The notes under the pieces were generated by a model that did not search any database, had not been told where the DNA came from, and saw only the letters and a program-made list of their open reading frames with translations. Source: an uncultured cyanobacterium (GTDB lineage: Bacteria; Cyanobacteriota; Cyanobacteriia; Cyanobacteriales; Nostocaceae). Taken from it: DNA of 64,000 nt. Position numbers and translations under genes: made by a program. Positions within the stretch are counted from its first letter, which is position 1. Every line of letters starts with the position of its first letter. Shown here piece after piece: positions 29,094 to 39,540 of the stretch. The DNA is taken from positions 160,001-224,000 of the forward strand of contig CAVUDP010000004.1 in NCBI GenBank assembly GCA_963740315.1. Reading direction: 5' to 3'.

Positions 29094-29324
29094 TTAGTTA
29101 TCAGTAACCAGTTATTGAAGAAATCAACCCAAAGGCTAATGTAAATTATCCGAACTGCTCCAAGAGCAAATAAATTATTACTTGGGATAAAAAAGCAAGT
29201 TCAACAAATTACAAATATCATTCATCGGGATGAAAATTAACTGATTGAACGTTTTTCGCTACCAATTTCCCATAAACTATGAGTGAGTGACCCCGATCGA
29301 ATCGCCTTGAGGAGATGCCCGAAT

Positions 29325-30725
29325 GTGACCGAAATGAACAACGTAGCTTCTGTCATTCAGGAATCAACACGCCGGGAATTACGGGATTTAGTACGAACTC
29401 AATTGCAAATGCTGCTCGAACAAGGTGACTTGCGAGGAGCAAAGGCAATTCTCGTACCAGTGCAGCCTGCGGATACGGCGGAGGTAATTGAAGGTTTACC
29501 CGAAACAATGCACGCTTTGGTGTTTCGCTTGCTTTCCAAAAATGAAGCAATCGAGGTTTACGAATATCTCGATCGCAGCGTTCAAGAAAAGTTGATTGAG
29601 GAATTTCGTTCCCAGGAAGTGCTTGACATTGTTGATAAAATGTCACCAGACGATCGCGCCAGGTTATTTGATGAGTTACCAGCAAAAGTTGTTAATCGCC
29701 TCTTAGAACAACTTAGTCCGGCTCAAAAAGAAGCTACTGCTCAGCTTTTGGGTTATGAAGCCGGTACTGCTGGGCGTATCATGACTCCCGAACTGATCTT
29801 GCTCAAGGAAAATTTTACCGTGGCGCAAGCTTTGGAGCGGATTCGCCGTCAAGCTAACGCCAGCGAGATGATTTATTATCTTTACGTTACCGATGATGCT
29901 AGACGTTTATCTGGTATTGTTTCGTTGAGACAGTTGGTAACGGCTAACACGGAACAAAAAATTAGCGAAATCATCAGTCGCGATCCAATCTACGTTTACA
30001 CCGATACCGATCAAGAAGAAGTCGCCAGAGTTATCCAAAAGTATGATTTTCTAGCCGTACCCGTAGTAGATAGAGAGCAAAGATTAGTAGGTATTGTTAC
30101 GGTCGATGATGTTATAGATATTATCCAAGAAGAAACTACCGAAGATATTTATGCCCTCGGTGGTGGCGTACAATCTAGCGGCGACAACTATTTTCAAACA
30201 GATTTATTTACCGTTGCTCGCAAGCGCGTAGTTTGGTTATTGGTATTATTAGTCACTAATACCGTAACGGGAACGATTATTAAATCACAAGAAGATATTT
30301 TACAAAAAGTCGTAACTTTAGCAGCTTTCATTCCCTTACTTACAGGTACTGGAGGTAACGTCGGCGCTCAATCTTCCACGGTGGTAATTCGCGGCATGAA
30401 TACCGATGAAATCCGCTCCCTGGGCACAGTTCGGGTAGTTGCCAGAGAAGCGATCGCAGGTGCAATATTAGGAGTAACATTAGGAACCATTGCTACCTTA
30501 TGGGCATACCTACTGCAAGGTAACTTACAAGTTGCGATCGCAGTTGGTACTAGTTTGGTTGCGATTTCGATATTAGCTTCAATTTCTGGTTCGGCGCTAC
30601 CGTTTTTATTCCGCTTCATGAAGTTAGATCCAGCGTTGATGTCTGCACCATTTATTACTACAGCGGTGGATGTTGCGGGTGTGTTGATTTACTTCGGTTT
30701 GGCAAGATTTATTCTTAAATTGTGA
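29325..30725 (+). CDS. mgtE: Magnesium transporter MgtE
   Basis: MSPDDRA, TAGRIMT, CBS pair, GTGGNVGAQ, DPALMSAPFITTAVD; GAGGAG precedes the GTG at 29325 (track start 29283). Confidence 0.93.
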   Translation: MTEMNNVASVIQESTRRELRDLVRTQLQMLLEQGDLRGAKAILVPVQPADTAEVIEGLPETMHALVFRLLSKNEAIEVYEYLDRSVQEKLIEEFRSQEVLDIVDKMSPDDRARLFDELPAKVVNRLLEQLSPAQKEATAQLLGYEAGTAGRIMTPELILLKENFTVAQALERIRRQANASEMIYYLYVTDDARRLSGIVSLRQLVTANTEQKISEIISRDPIYVYTDTDQEEVARVIQKYDFLAVPVVDREQRLVGIVTVDDVIDIIQEETTEDIYALGGGVQSSGDNYFQTDLFTVARKRVVWLLVLLVTNTVTGTIIKSQEDILQKVVTLAAFIPLLTGTGGNVGAQSSTVVIRGMNTDEIRSLGTVRVVAREAIAGAILGVTLGTIATLWAYLLQGNLQVAIAVGTSLVAISILASISGSALPFLFRFMKLDPALMSAPFITTAVDVAGVLIYFGLARFILKL

Positions 30726-30796
30726 TTGTTGTGATTAAAGTTAGGGAGTAGGGAGTAGGGAGTAGAAAGTAGAAAGTAGAAAGTAGAGGGAGTAGA

Positions 30797-30936
30797 AAGT
30801 AGGTACTCATGCCTTCATTAATTGTATATTGTCATTGCGAGTGCAGCGTTCACCCGTAGGGTGCGGTTCATCGCAAGGGTTTGGGATTGCTTCACGCAGT
30901 GAACAATGACACAAATAATGAAGGCATACCCACTTA
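30797..30936. mobile_element. MITE-like element inserted in an STRR array; contains a 21-nt insert splitting a HIP1 site
   Basis: GCG[TTCACCCGTAGGGTGCGGTTC]ATCGC at 30846-30874; flanked by AGAAAGT/GGGAGTA repeats. Confidence 0.7.
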
Positions 30937-31105
30937 GAAAGTAGAAAGTAGGGAGTAGTAAATATACAAATAATGTAGGTTTGACTACTTATAAAATCGC
31001 TATATTCATAAATCAACTCAAATGGTGCGTTACGGCATCATCAAATTTATAACCACTTTCATAAAAATTAAAGCCGTAACACACCCGCGCATACTGGTAA
31101 CTGAT

Positions 31106-31363
31106 TTACAATTTTCCTGGAGAATCGGGAGCAACAATTTCTCCTTCACCCATATTTAAAAGCATATCTTGGTCGGTAATCAATTCGTTGAGTTCGGAAA
31201 CTTGTAAATTCATCTCTTCACAAGCATTACTCAGTTCTTGTCTAAATGTATTTAGATCGGTACCATAGCCACATAAAAAAGCAGCCGTTTCTATGCCTTG
31301 CTTGGCGTTTGCTTTCGCGCAATCTACTAAATCAGTTCCTTTTAGTGGTGTAGAAGATGCCAT
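31106..31363 (-). CDS. Small hypothetical protein
   Basis: MASSTPLKGTDLVDCAKANAKQG...CGYG; ATG at 31363 preferred over the track start at 31429. Confidence 0.7.
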   Translation of the reverse strand: MASSTPLKGTDLVDCAKANAKQGIETAAFLCGYGTDLNTFRQELSNACEEMNLQVSELNELITDQDMLLNMGEGEIVAPDSPGKL

Positions 31364-31579
31364 ATGTATATTTGTAATCAGGTTAACAATATTCATAGCC
31401 ATGTTAACAGCAGTTGTGAATATACTCATCTCTCCAATGGTTGAAGCGCTTTTCGACTATTAGGAATAAATTTGAGTGTTAATTCCAACAAAGAATCAAT
31501 CAAAGAGCGGCAGCATTTTTTAATCGTGCTAGCGTAATGCTGCGATAGGTAGTTTTTAACTGATAATTATTGATAATAA

Positions 31580-33196
31580 ATGATAATTGATGCAATGCTT
31601 CATATAACTGATTTAGAACAACTAGAAAAATTTCGCCATCTTCAATCAGGCTTACGCGATCGCTGGAAGTGCATCGAAGGTGATGAAAGCGATACGAGTG
31701 ATGTTGATATTTTAGTGATTCCTTCCCTTAGTCTCGATCAACGAGAACTTAAGAAGGTGGAAGGTTACGAACATTATGAAGAAAGATTATTGTTTGCTTT
31801 AATTCGCTTATGGAACCCCCGCAACCGTTTAGTTTACGTGACATCGGTACCTCTACATCCGAGTATTGTCGATTATTATTTGCAACTTTTACCGGGGATT
31901 CCTTTTTCACACGCTCGCAATCGCTTGTTGTTGCTTTCTACTTACGATTCTTCCCTCAAACCCCTTAGTCAAAAGATTTTAGAACGTCCCCGGTTATTAC
32001 AGCATATTCAACAAGCTTTAAGAATAGACAAATCGTTCATGATCTGCTATAATTCCACGGGTTTTGAAGCCGAATTATCTTTAAAATTGGCAGTACCGCT
32101 GTATGCTGCTGCTCCAGATTTGCAGATTTGGGGCACAAAAAGCGGTTCTAGAGAAATTTTTGCAGAAGCTGAAGTACCCCATCCAGATGGTAGTGAAAGG
32201 ATGTGGAATGTCTCAGATTTAGCAGAAGCGGCGGCTCAATTATGGGAACGTCAGCCTACGTTAAAAAGGATGGTAGTAAAACTTAATGAAGGAATTTCTG
32301 GGGAAGGAAATGCGCTGTTAGATTTAAGACCGATTCCTGAAGTAGCACCAGATAAAGCTTCTCATCAACAAAGAGTAGCTTCTATTACTGAAAATTTTAA
32401 TAAAATGAGTTTTCAAGCAAAACAAGAAAATTGGTCAACATTTTCTGTTCGTATACCTGAATTAGGAGCGATCGTAGAAGCATTTGTGGAAGGTTCGGTT
32501 AAGCTTTCACCCAGTGTTCAAGGAAGTATTACGCCGACAGGAGAAGTGGAAATTCTTTCGACACACGACCAAATTTTAGGTGGTCCCGACGGTCAAATTT
32601 TTCTGGGCTGTAAGTTTCCTGCCGATGAAGACTACCGATTGCAGTTACAGCAATTAGGCTTACAAGTTGGTCGCAAATTAGCAGAAAAAGGTGCATTAGA
32701 AAGATATGGTGTAGATTTCATCGTCGTTAAGCAAAATGATGGAACATGGGATATCCAGGCAATTGAAATCAATTTGCGAAAAGGTGGTACTACCCATCCC
32801 TTTATGACCTTGAAACTACTTACAAACGGTCGCTACGATCTATCTACAGGCTTATTTTATTCCCAGCAAGGAAAACCAAAATATTATATTGCTACCGACA
32901 ACCTGCAAAAAGACCGCTACAAAGGACTTTTACCCAACGATTTGATGGATATCATCGCTCAACACAGATTGCATTTCGACACCGGAACCGAAACGGGTAC
33001 GGTATTTCACCTAATGGGTTGTCTCTCAGAATTTGGTAAATTAGGATTAACCAGCATCGGTGATTCCCCGCAACAAGCAGAAGAAATTTATAACAGAGTG
33101 GTAAAAGTCCTTGATGAAGAAACCCCAAACCGCGAAAATGATTTCTCCTTACTATCAAAACAAATTTTTCCAATTTCTTGGGAACGCTCTAGTTAA
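31580..33196 (+). CDS. PGM1-related ATP-grasp peptide ligase-like protein
   Basis: HYEERLLF, WGTKSGSR, KLNEGISGEGN, STHDQILGG, YGVDF, EINLRKGGTTHP. Confidence 0.82.
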   Translation: MIIDAMLHITDLEQLEKFRHLQSGLRDRWKCIEGDESDTSDVDILVIPSLSLDQRELKKVEGYEHYEERLLFALIRLWNPRNRLVYVTSVPLHPSIVDYYLQLLPGIPFSHARNRLLLLSTYDSSLKPLSQKILERPRLLQHIQQALRIDKSFMICYNSTGFEAELSLKLAVPLYAAAPDLQIWGTKSGSREIFAEAEVPHPDGSERMWNVSDLAEAAAQLWERQPTLKRMVVKLNEGISGEGNALLDLRPIPEVAPDKASHQQRVASITENFNKMSFQAKQENWSTFSVRIPELGAIVEAFVEGSVKLSPSVQGSITPTGEVEILSTHDQILGGPDGQIFLGCKFPADEDYRLQLQQLGLQVGRKLAEKGALERYGVDFIVVKQNDGTWDIQAIEINLRKGGTTHPFMTLKLLTNGRYDLSTGLFYSQQGKPKYYIATDNLQKDRYKGLLPNDLMDIIAQHRLHFDTGTETGTVFHLMGCLSEFGKLGLTSIGDSPQQAEEIYNRVVKVLDEETPNRENDFSLLSKQIFPISWERSS

Positions 33197-33362
33197 GAAT
33201 TGGGAGTTAGGAGTAGGGAGTAGGGAGTAGGGAGTAGGGAGTAGGGAGTAGGGAGTTAGGAGTTAAGAGTTTTAAATTTCTCCCCATCTCCCCCGAACCC
33301 CATCTCCCCCGAACCCCCGAACCCCCTCTCCCCATCTTCCCCCTCTCCCCATCTCCCCCCTC
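33197..33362. repeat. STRR (GGAGTAG)n plus C-rich block
   Basis: Tandem heptamers followed by CCCCATCT/CCCCGAA units. Confidence 0.8.
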
Positions 33363-33576
33363 TCATCACATTTCCTTAAAAATAGAAAATCAAAAAGCTT
33401 TCTGTATTAACTAGCCATAAGTGAAAGATGTAAAAGGAAGAATATCTCATAATCAGCCCAATCGCTAAAATCTTGATAGAAATCATACCTGTTTAGATGA
33501 ATTCCCAATTCTTAACTCTTAACTCCTAACTCCTGACTTGCTTCTCCCATGCCCAATCCCCCATGCCCAATTCTCA

Positions 33577-35301
33577 ATGTCTCAACCTAATTTAAATGCG
33601 ATTCACTGCGTAAACCCCCATTGTTCCCGCCCTTATCCCCAACCTTGGGGAAATAAATTTTGCCTTGCTTGTGGCGCACAATTACAACTTCACAGTAGAT
33701 TTATTCCTCTCGAACGTTTGGGTTCGGGTGGTTTTGCTCGCATTTACACGGTTTGGGATATTGAGACGCAAACTGAAAAAGTTTTGAAGGTGCTGGTGGA
33801 GACTTCGCCCAAAGCATTGGAATTATTTGCCCAAGAAGCTGAGGTTTTGCAAGGCTTGAAGCATGGGGGCGTTCCTCAAGTTGAACCGGGTGGGTATTTT
33901 TTCCACGATCTCTCAAGTTCTACGGATGAGTTGAATTTACCTTGTTTGATCATGGAAAAAATCAACGGTCAAACTTTGGAGGAAATTCCTTATTTGTATC
34001 CCCAAGGTTGTCCTCAAGAATTAGTATTGGACTGGTTGAAGCAGGCGGTGGATATTTTACGACATCTCCACGAACACATGATTATTCACCGTGACATCAA
34101 ACCTTCAAACTTGATGCTACGCGATCCGAGTCCCAACTTAGAAGACTCTCAATTGGTGCTAATCGATTTTGGTGGTGCCAAACATTTTAGCGTTGCTGCT
34201 TCAGAACGCCAATCCAGTTCCACCAGATTATTTTCCACTGGCTACAGCCCGCCAGAACAAGTCACCGGACGCAATGTGGGACCTAGTGCCGATTTTTATG
34301 CCCTGGCAAGAACGATGATTGAATTGCTTACGGGTAAAAATCCTCAAGACTTAGAAGATCCGCTGACGGGAACATTGCGCTGGCGGGAAGCACTAAAGCT
34401 TTCGGTAAATGGTAGCGATGTCAACCCCCTAATGATAGATTTGCTCGATGATATGGCACAAGAAGAAGTGCGATCGCGTCCAGAAAATGCGGTAATCGTG
34501 CAAAAGCGTTTGGCGCAGATAATCAGATCGACATCATATGTACCAGCACGCCAGCGAAAAAATGTTTTCAAGGGAACCCAAGAATTTATCCAACAATTTA
34601 TTGTGGGGACAGCTAGCGGTTTAAGTCAAACTACACATTTAACATTTAAAGCAATTGTAGGAATAATTCGCGGCTGCTTTGAAACCCTATGGACAATGAT
34701 TTTAGCGAGTATCGGCGCTTGTATAGGTACCATTGCCGGATTTTTTCTCGCATTTGGGACAGCTTTAGGCGATAAAGTTGGGATAATTGTTGCAAACTTA
34801 CTGCAAGCTTTTACATCTAACCCGCAACCAATATTAGGCTCAGAAATAGTTTTATTTGCAGCATCCGGGTTGGGAACCGCTTGGGGAATAACCCTAGCAG
34901 GGGGCTTCAATCAAAAGCGAAGATTTTTAATAGCATCATTAATGGGAATAATCGGTTATGGCGGAGGCTGGTTTATTTTACAGTTGATTGCACCGCAACA
35001 AGGAGAAGCATGGGTAGGACTGATATTATTTGCCATATCCCTGCTGACTCTAGGTTTAGGACTTCGTTCCCATCAAATCATTCACGCCATAATGACTGCA
35101 TTTGGTACCGCAATTATATTTGCAGGCTTAATAAACTTAGGTTTATCACCATCTATATTAAACTCGTCTACCCCCTTCGATCTATCACAACTGTGGCTCA
35201 AAATAGCCTTTTTCAGTATGTTGAGCATATTCATGAGTTTTTGGCTAGGAATCAGCAATTACCTAATCGTTCCCGCTTTGAAGCTTTTAGGCTGGAGGTG
35301 A
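33577..35301 (+). CDS. Membrane Ser/Thr protein kinase with N-terminal 4-Cys motif
   Basis: CVNPHC...CLACG, LGSGGF, HRDIKPSN, DFG, multi-TM C-terminus; ATG at 33577 preferred. Confidence 0.9.
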   Translation: MSQPNLNAIHCVNPHCSRPYPQPWGNKFCLACGAQLQLHSRFIPLERLGSGGFARIYTVWDIETQTEKVLKVLVETSPKALELFAQEAEVLQGLKHGGVPQVEPGGYFFHDLSSSTDELNLPCLIMEKINGQTLEEIPYLYPQGCPQELVLDWLKQAVDILRHLHEHMIIHRDIKPSNLMLRDPSPNLEDSQLVLIDFGGAKHFSVAASERQSSSTRLFSTGYSPPEQVTGRNVGPSADFYALARTMIELLTGKNPQDLEDPLTGTLRWREALKLSVNGSDVNPLMIDLLDDMAQEEVRSRPENAVIVQKRLAQIIRSTSYVPARQRKNVFKGTQEFIQQFIVGTASGLSQTTHLTFKAIVGIIRGCFETLWTMILASIGACIGTIAGFFLAFGTALGDKVGIIVANLLQAFTSNPQPILGSEIVLFAASGLGTAWGITLAGGFNQKRRFLIASLMGIIGYGGGWFILQLIAPQQGEAWVGLILFAISLLTLGLGLRSHQIIHAIMTAFGTAIIFAGLINLGLSPSILNSSTPFDLSQLWLKIAFFSMLSIFMSFWLGISNYLIVPALKLLGWR

Positions 35302-35304
35302 GAA

Positions 35305-35530
35305 GGGATGGGGGGATAGGGGGATGGGGGGACAAGGGGACAAGGGGACAAGGGGACAAGGGGACGAGAAATTTTACTCTTCATCTCTTACTCCCTTCTC
35401 GCTCAGCCGCGATTACCGATACAATTTCTTCTCTTCCTACTCCCTACTCCCTACTCCCTACTTCCTACTCCTAACTCCTAACTCCCTACTCCCTACTCCC
35501 TACTCCCTACTCCCTACTCCCTACTCCCTA
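35305..35530. repeat. G-rich block (GGGGACAA)n plus (CTCCCTA)n STRR
   Basis: Tandem arrays. Confidence 0.8.
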
Positions 35531-35576
35531 CAAAAGTGAATCCCTCCGCCACCATATAACTGGGCTAGAGGGATTC
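35531..35576 (-). terminator. Hairpin GAATCCCTC...GAGGGATTC, possible terminator of a short minus-strand RNA
   Basis: 9-bp perfect outer stem at 35538-35576, short T run on the minus strand. Confidence 0.35.
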
Positions 35577-35794
35577 GATAATTCGTTGACTATAGAGCTT
35601 TCGGTATATTTCTCGATGTCACTATTGTAAGTCGCGTATATGGAATTGAGTAGTTCAAAACGAACAGTTTACAACTTTTTTATAATTTTTTTATGATTTC
35701 TTCATACTTGTTATATAATAAGCAGCTTGTATATGTAAATATAGCAGTACATAATTGTTTAAAACCCTTAGCTTCATAATTATTTCTAAAGAAT

Positions 35795-36358
35795 ATGAGA
35801 TTAAAAATTGTTGGTAGTATTACGATGCTCGCTTGTTTTGGATTTATAGGACAAGTTAAAGCATTAAATCCGCAAGATATAGAACTTTTTAAGGCAAGTG
35901 GCTCTTGTCCGAGGTGCGATTTAAGTGGCGCTGATTTGTCGCAAGCTAATTTGTCAGGAGTAAATTTACGGGATGCGAATTTAAAGGGTGCAAATTTAAC
36001 AGGTGCCAATTTGTCAAATGCCGATCTTACAGGTGCGGATTTACAAGATGCTGTTTTAAATAACGCTAATCTTTCAGGTGCTTCTTTAATGGGCACTAAT
36101 CTGAGATCGGCTTCTATGGAAAATGCCAATTTGTCTTATGCTGCTTTAATGAGTGCAAATTTATCGGCAGCTAATTTAACTGGAGCAAGTTTATTTTTAA
36201 CCAACTTCCGAGGAGCAAATTTCCGATTAACTACTTTGAGTAATGGTATTGTTTCATCTGATAAGCCTTATTGGTGGGCTTCACAGTCGGAAAGCACTAA
36301 AGATTGCAACAAGTTTAAATACGATAGAGTTCCCGGTACAACTTGTTACAATGAATAA
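35795..36358 (+). CDS. Exported pentapeptide repeat protein
   Basis: Signal peptide, CPRC, A(D/N)Lxx repeats. Confidence 0.92.
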   Translation: MRLKIVGSITMLACFGFIGQVKALNPQDIELFKASGSCPRCDLSGADLSQANLSGVNLRDANLKGANLTGANLSNADLTGADLQDAVLNNANLSGASLMGTNLRSASMENANLSYAALMSANLSAANLTGASLFLTNFRGANFRLTTLSNGIVSSDKPYWWASQSESTKDCNKFKYDRVPGTTCYNE

Positions 36359-36665
36359 ATGTAATTGATAGTTAATAATCTTTAAAAACTTGGTTTTTTG
36401 AAAAAGCCAGGTTTCTTAATAGACATCTGCTTTCTTTGCACGCAAACATAATCCTCTTTACTAAATCTGGCAGTGCAAGCTTTCTCTAGTTCCCAGGCTC
36501 AGCCTGGGAACCCCGGTTTTAGAGGCTCCGCCTCCTGACTGTTGCATGGCGACGTATAAATTGTTTTTTCTGCCTATTGCCTACTCCCTACTTTCTTGTC
36601 CGGCGTTGCAATTTTCAATGCCGATCTACTTACTCAATTAAATTCAGATTAAGTATGTCTGCAAT

Positions 36666-37151
36666 TTAGACTTCTGCTTCCGTTCCTAAGATAAAATTAA
36701 TCAGCGGCGCACAACGGTAAACCATTGCAGCACGGCTATCAACACCAAGTTTAATAAAAGTTCTACGTAAGTGAGTTGAAACAGTCCACTCACTAATTTT
36801 CAATCGATTACCAATTTGTTTATTTGAATAACCCAGAGCAACAAAAGCAGCAATTTGTAATTCTCGTGCAGTCAAAAAATCTGGTATGGCAGGCTCTTCA
36901 CTTTTGAATGTATCTTTAGCTTTTATAATTAAGCAGTATCGATCTTGAATTTCAATTCGTCCGACAACCGAATAGTAATTAGCTTCCTCAGATGGAACTA
37001 AATCGTGTTCTGCATAATCTTCTGAATCTTTGCCAAACCAAATAATCATATATTTGGAGTCTTGCAAGCAAAATTCACCTAAAATTCCTAATCCAATGGA
37101 TTGGGCTAATGTTTGAAGACAAGCTTTATGTGGTTCTTTTAAATTATTCAT
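36666..37151 (-). CDS. LuxR-family HTH regulator with unrecognised N-terminal domain
   Basis: LTARELQIAAFVALGYSNKQIGNRLKISEWTVSTHLRR. Confidence 0.88.
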   Translation of the reverse strand: MNNLKEPHKACLQTLAQSIGLGILGEFCLQDSKYMIIWFGKDSEDYAEHDLVPSEEANYYSVVGRIEIQDRYCLIIKAKDTFKSEEPAIPDFLTARELQIAAFVALGYSNKQIGNRLKISEWTVSTHLRRTFIKLGVDSRAAMVYRCAPLINFILGTEAEV

Positions 37152-37188
37152 AGAACTTTAATTGGATAAAGAAATAGAAGAAAGTCTG

Positions 37189-38043
37189 CTAAAGTTGATA
37201 CCAAAACCCTTGAATGTTTGTCCAAAGATAATTTTCTGATTCTGAATTTTGTATTTCCTCAGAAGAAAATCTCTGACTTACCAGATTTTTTTTCGGTTTA
37301 ATTTGAGGTAAAGCAGAAGGAACTACCAAGTGCAAAACAACAATATGGATATCAGCCCAAAAAAGTTTAGCTAATCCAACACTAGTAATTAATTGACGTA
37401 AATATTCCCGTTCAACAGCAACGGTTGGATCTGTTCCTATTAAAGGTTGGCAATTTATATTCCAACTCTCCAAGGCTTTACATATATCTGGCGGAAGATT
37501 TTTGTCATAATCGGAAGGTAATTGATAGGTAAGAATAAATGCAGATCCTAAACTAGCGGCAAGTGCTACTGCATCTCGAAAAGCTAAGGTTAAAACATCA
37601 TTGGTTGGGGGAAGCTGGTTAATTTGGCTATCCAAAGAACGCGCTAAAGTTTCCCAATGTGAAAAAATTTCCGGTTCCCTATTTTTAGGAAGTAATGATT
37701 CGCGCAGGTTATCTCCCAGCCAGAATAAATTTAACCGATTTAGGTCTGTTTCTCCTCGCACTCTTTCCCATTCTTTTAAAGACCAAAGCATTTGTTCCAA
37801 AAAGTTGCGTCTCTCAAACAGCGTTATTGAAGACGTATTAATTTTTGGGATAACTAATTCCGGTCGTTCCAAGTAAAGGTTTATATTATCAAGAATGTAC
37901 CAGAGTTCTCGCACTACCCATAATTCCATCACTTCTCCCAAGTTTTTATATAGAAGTAATCCGGAAGGAGATAAGGCGAGGGCTGGATCTATTACGCAGC
38001 GAGGACGTTGTAGATTACTTTTTAACAAACTTTCTGCCTGCAT
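37189..38043 (-). CDS. Hypothetical protein, possible PIN-like fold
   Basis: 284-aa ORF; CVIDP, WVVRELW, RDAVALAASL..FILT pattern. Confidence 0.6.
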   Translation of the reverse strand: MQAESLLKSNLQRPRCVIDPALALSPSGLLLYKNLGEVMELWVVRELWYILDNINLYLERPELVIPKINTSSITLFERRNFLEQMLWSLKEWERVRGETDLNRLNLFWLGDNLRESLLPKNREPEIFSHWETLARSLDSQINQLPPTNDVLTLAFRDAVALAASLGSAFILTYQLPSDYDKNLPPDICKALESWNINCQPLIGTDPTVAVEREYLRQLITSVGLAKLFWADIHIVVLHLVVPSALPQIKPKKNLVSQRFSSEEIQNSESENYLWTNIQGFWYQL

Positions 38044-39243
38044 TACCTGACAATCTCTTATGAATTGATTAGTTGCTTATCAGTTCGGAATGAGAACCAT
38101 TTACTTGATATGTAAACAAGCGTAAATCCTTTGCAACAACAATATCAACGTAATCAAGCGCAATTATATGCATAGTTTTTATATGCTTCTTGCTTCACAA
38201 TTGGATTTTAGCAATCAATAAGGCTGGAAACAAAAATTTGCAGTTCGCTATAACTAAGGGTATTTAAAAACAGTAGTTAGCAACTCTTATCTATTCCAAT
38301 TGAATCTTTTGTTTCACTTTTGCCCTACCTCTTTCTAAAGATATGAACTAACAATTGTTAATTCCTCACAGTATATACATCCGAAATTCTACAGTCAAGC
38401 TTTCTCTTGTTTAGATGCACGTCAAAGTTATTTAACTAGTATATACCAAGTTGTTTTTTTATCACAACAATCAATTAATTATTTCCATTATTTTTGAGCT
38501 ATATACTCCTCAAAAACCGACTATGCAAGAAGTGAGTCGATTCAAAGATTGTATTAAGATAATTAAATTTTAAAAAATGTGTAACTTTTTATAGGCAATA
38601 AAAATATTATTACCATGCTTTTAATGTCACCGTATACTAACTTGACTTTTTAAAATCTTAGTTTCAAGTTTTGATAAGTTATGCCAAATTAACTCAAAAG
38701 GCAGTTTGTATTTTAACTAACATATGTTTAAATCTAAAATCAGGCATCTGTCTGAGGTATGGTTGTAATTATTACAATATCCTAGTTATAGATTCCAACG
38801 AGATTTTTGAGTATTACTTGTAGTTGAATTATTTACTTTAATTGCGAACATCAAATTCTCCTAAGAAAGATTAAAGTAGATTTCTCAGAATTAAGATAAA
38901 TTCGCCAATTCTAAATTCGTATCTCCGATGAAAACAAACAAGCTTTTATCAAACCCGCACTTTTTTTAGAAGTATCTTTCATAGGGAAGTAATCGTTGCG
39001 ATCGTTGCGTGACGCATCTTTCAAGTTTGTTAAACGATATCGCAGCAGCATTATTAACAAAATCTAAGTAAACCAAGCTTTTCAAGAAATTAACCGGGTT
39101 TTGGGTTTTAATCGCCATCAAAACAAAGTTTCCTTTCGATCCAAGATAATGCTAACAAGGTTACATTGTATCGTTTTTTCTTCAAGCATCTGTATTTTAA
39201 ACGTCATTTTTGTGACTCAGTAGGCAAAGTTATTACTTAGGGG

Positions 39244-39261
39244 GTAGCATATTTGTGCTAC
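39244..39261. promoter_or_regulatory. 18-bp inverted repeat GTAGCA-TATTTG-TGCTAC, candidate operator
   Basis: Dyad symmetry ~280 bp upstream of hglE. Confidence 0.3.
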
Positions 39262-39540
39262 TTCAAATAAACTACTGTGAAAAGGTGACTTGTCATGGCT
39301 GTATTATCGTTTTATTACTAAGGTAATTAAGGCAGCATTATATTTTTCGCAATAATGAAGACAAAAGTTTCTGTCTGCTGGTAATGAATATATTGATTCA
39401 TAATTAACGCTCTTATTAAGCAACTATTTAAATCCATACCTCCGATTTCACACCAGCCATCAGTTTAAATAGTTCCAGTTCACCCTAAAAAAGTTTTCCA
39501 CAATATCATAATCGAGGGTATTGAATTTTCTTCATGCCAA

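Noticed and set aside
35538..35554. GAATCCCTCCGCCACCA resembling a tRNA 3' end or att site
   Set aside because: No GGTTC T-arm or upstream cloverleaf, no integrase; explained as one arm of a hairpin
35680..36129. 149-aa minus-strand ORF
   Set aside because: Antisense to the pentapeptide repeat gene
38764..38778. TGTAATTATTACA as an NtcA site
   Set aside because: Spacing is GTA-N5-TAC, not N8; kept only as an unexplained dyad
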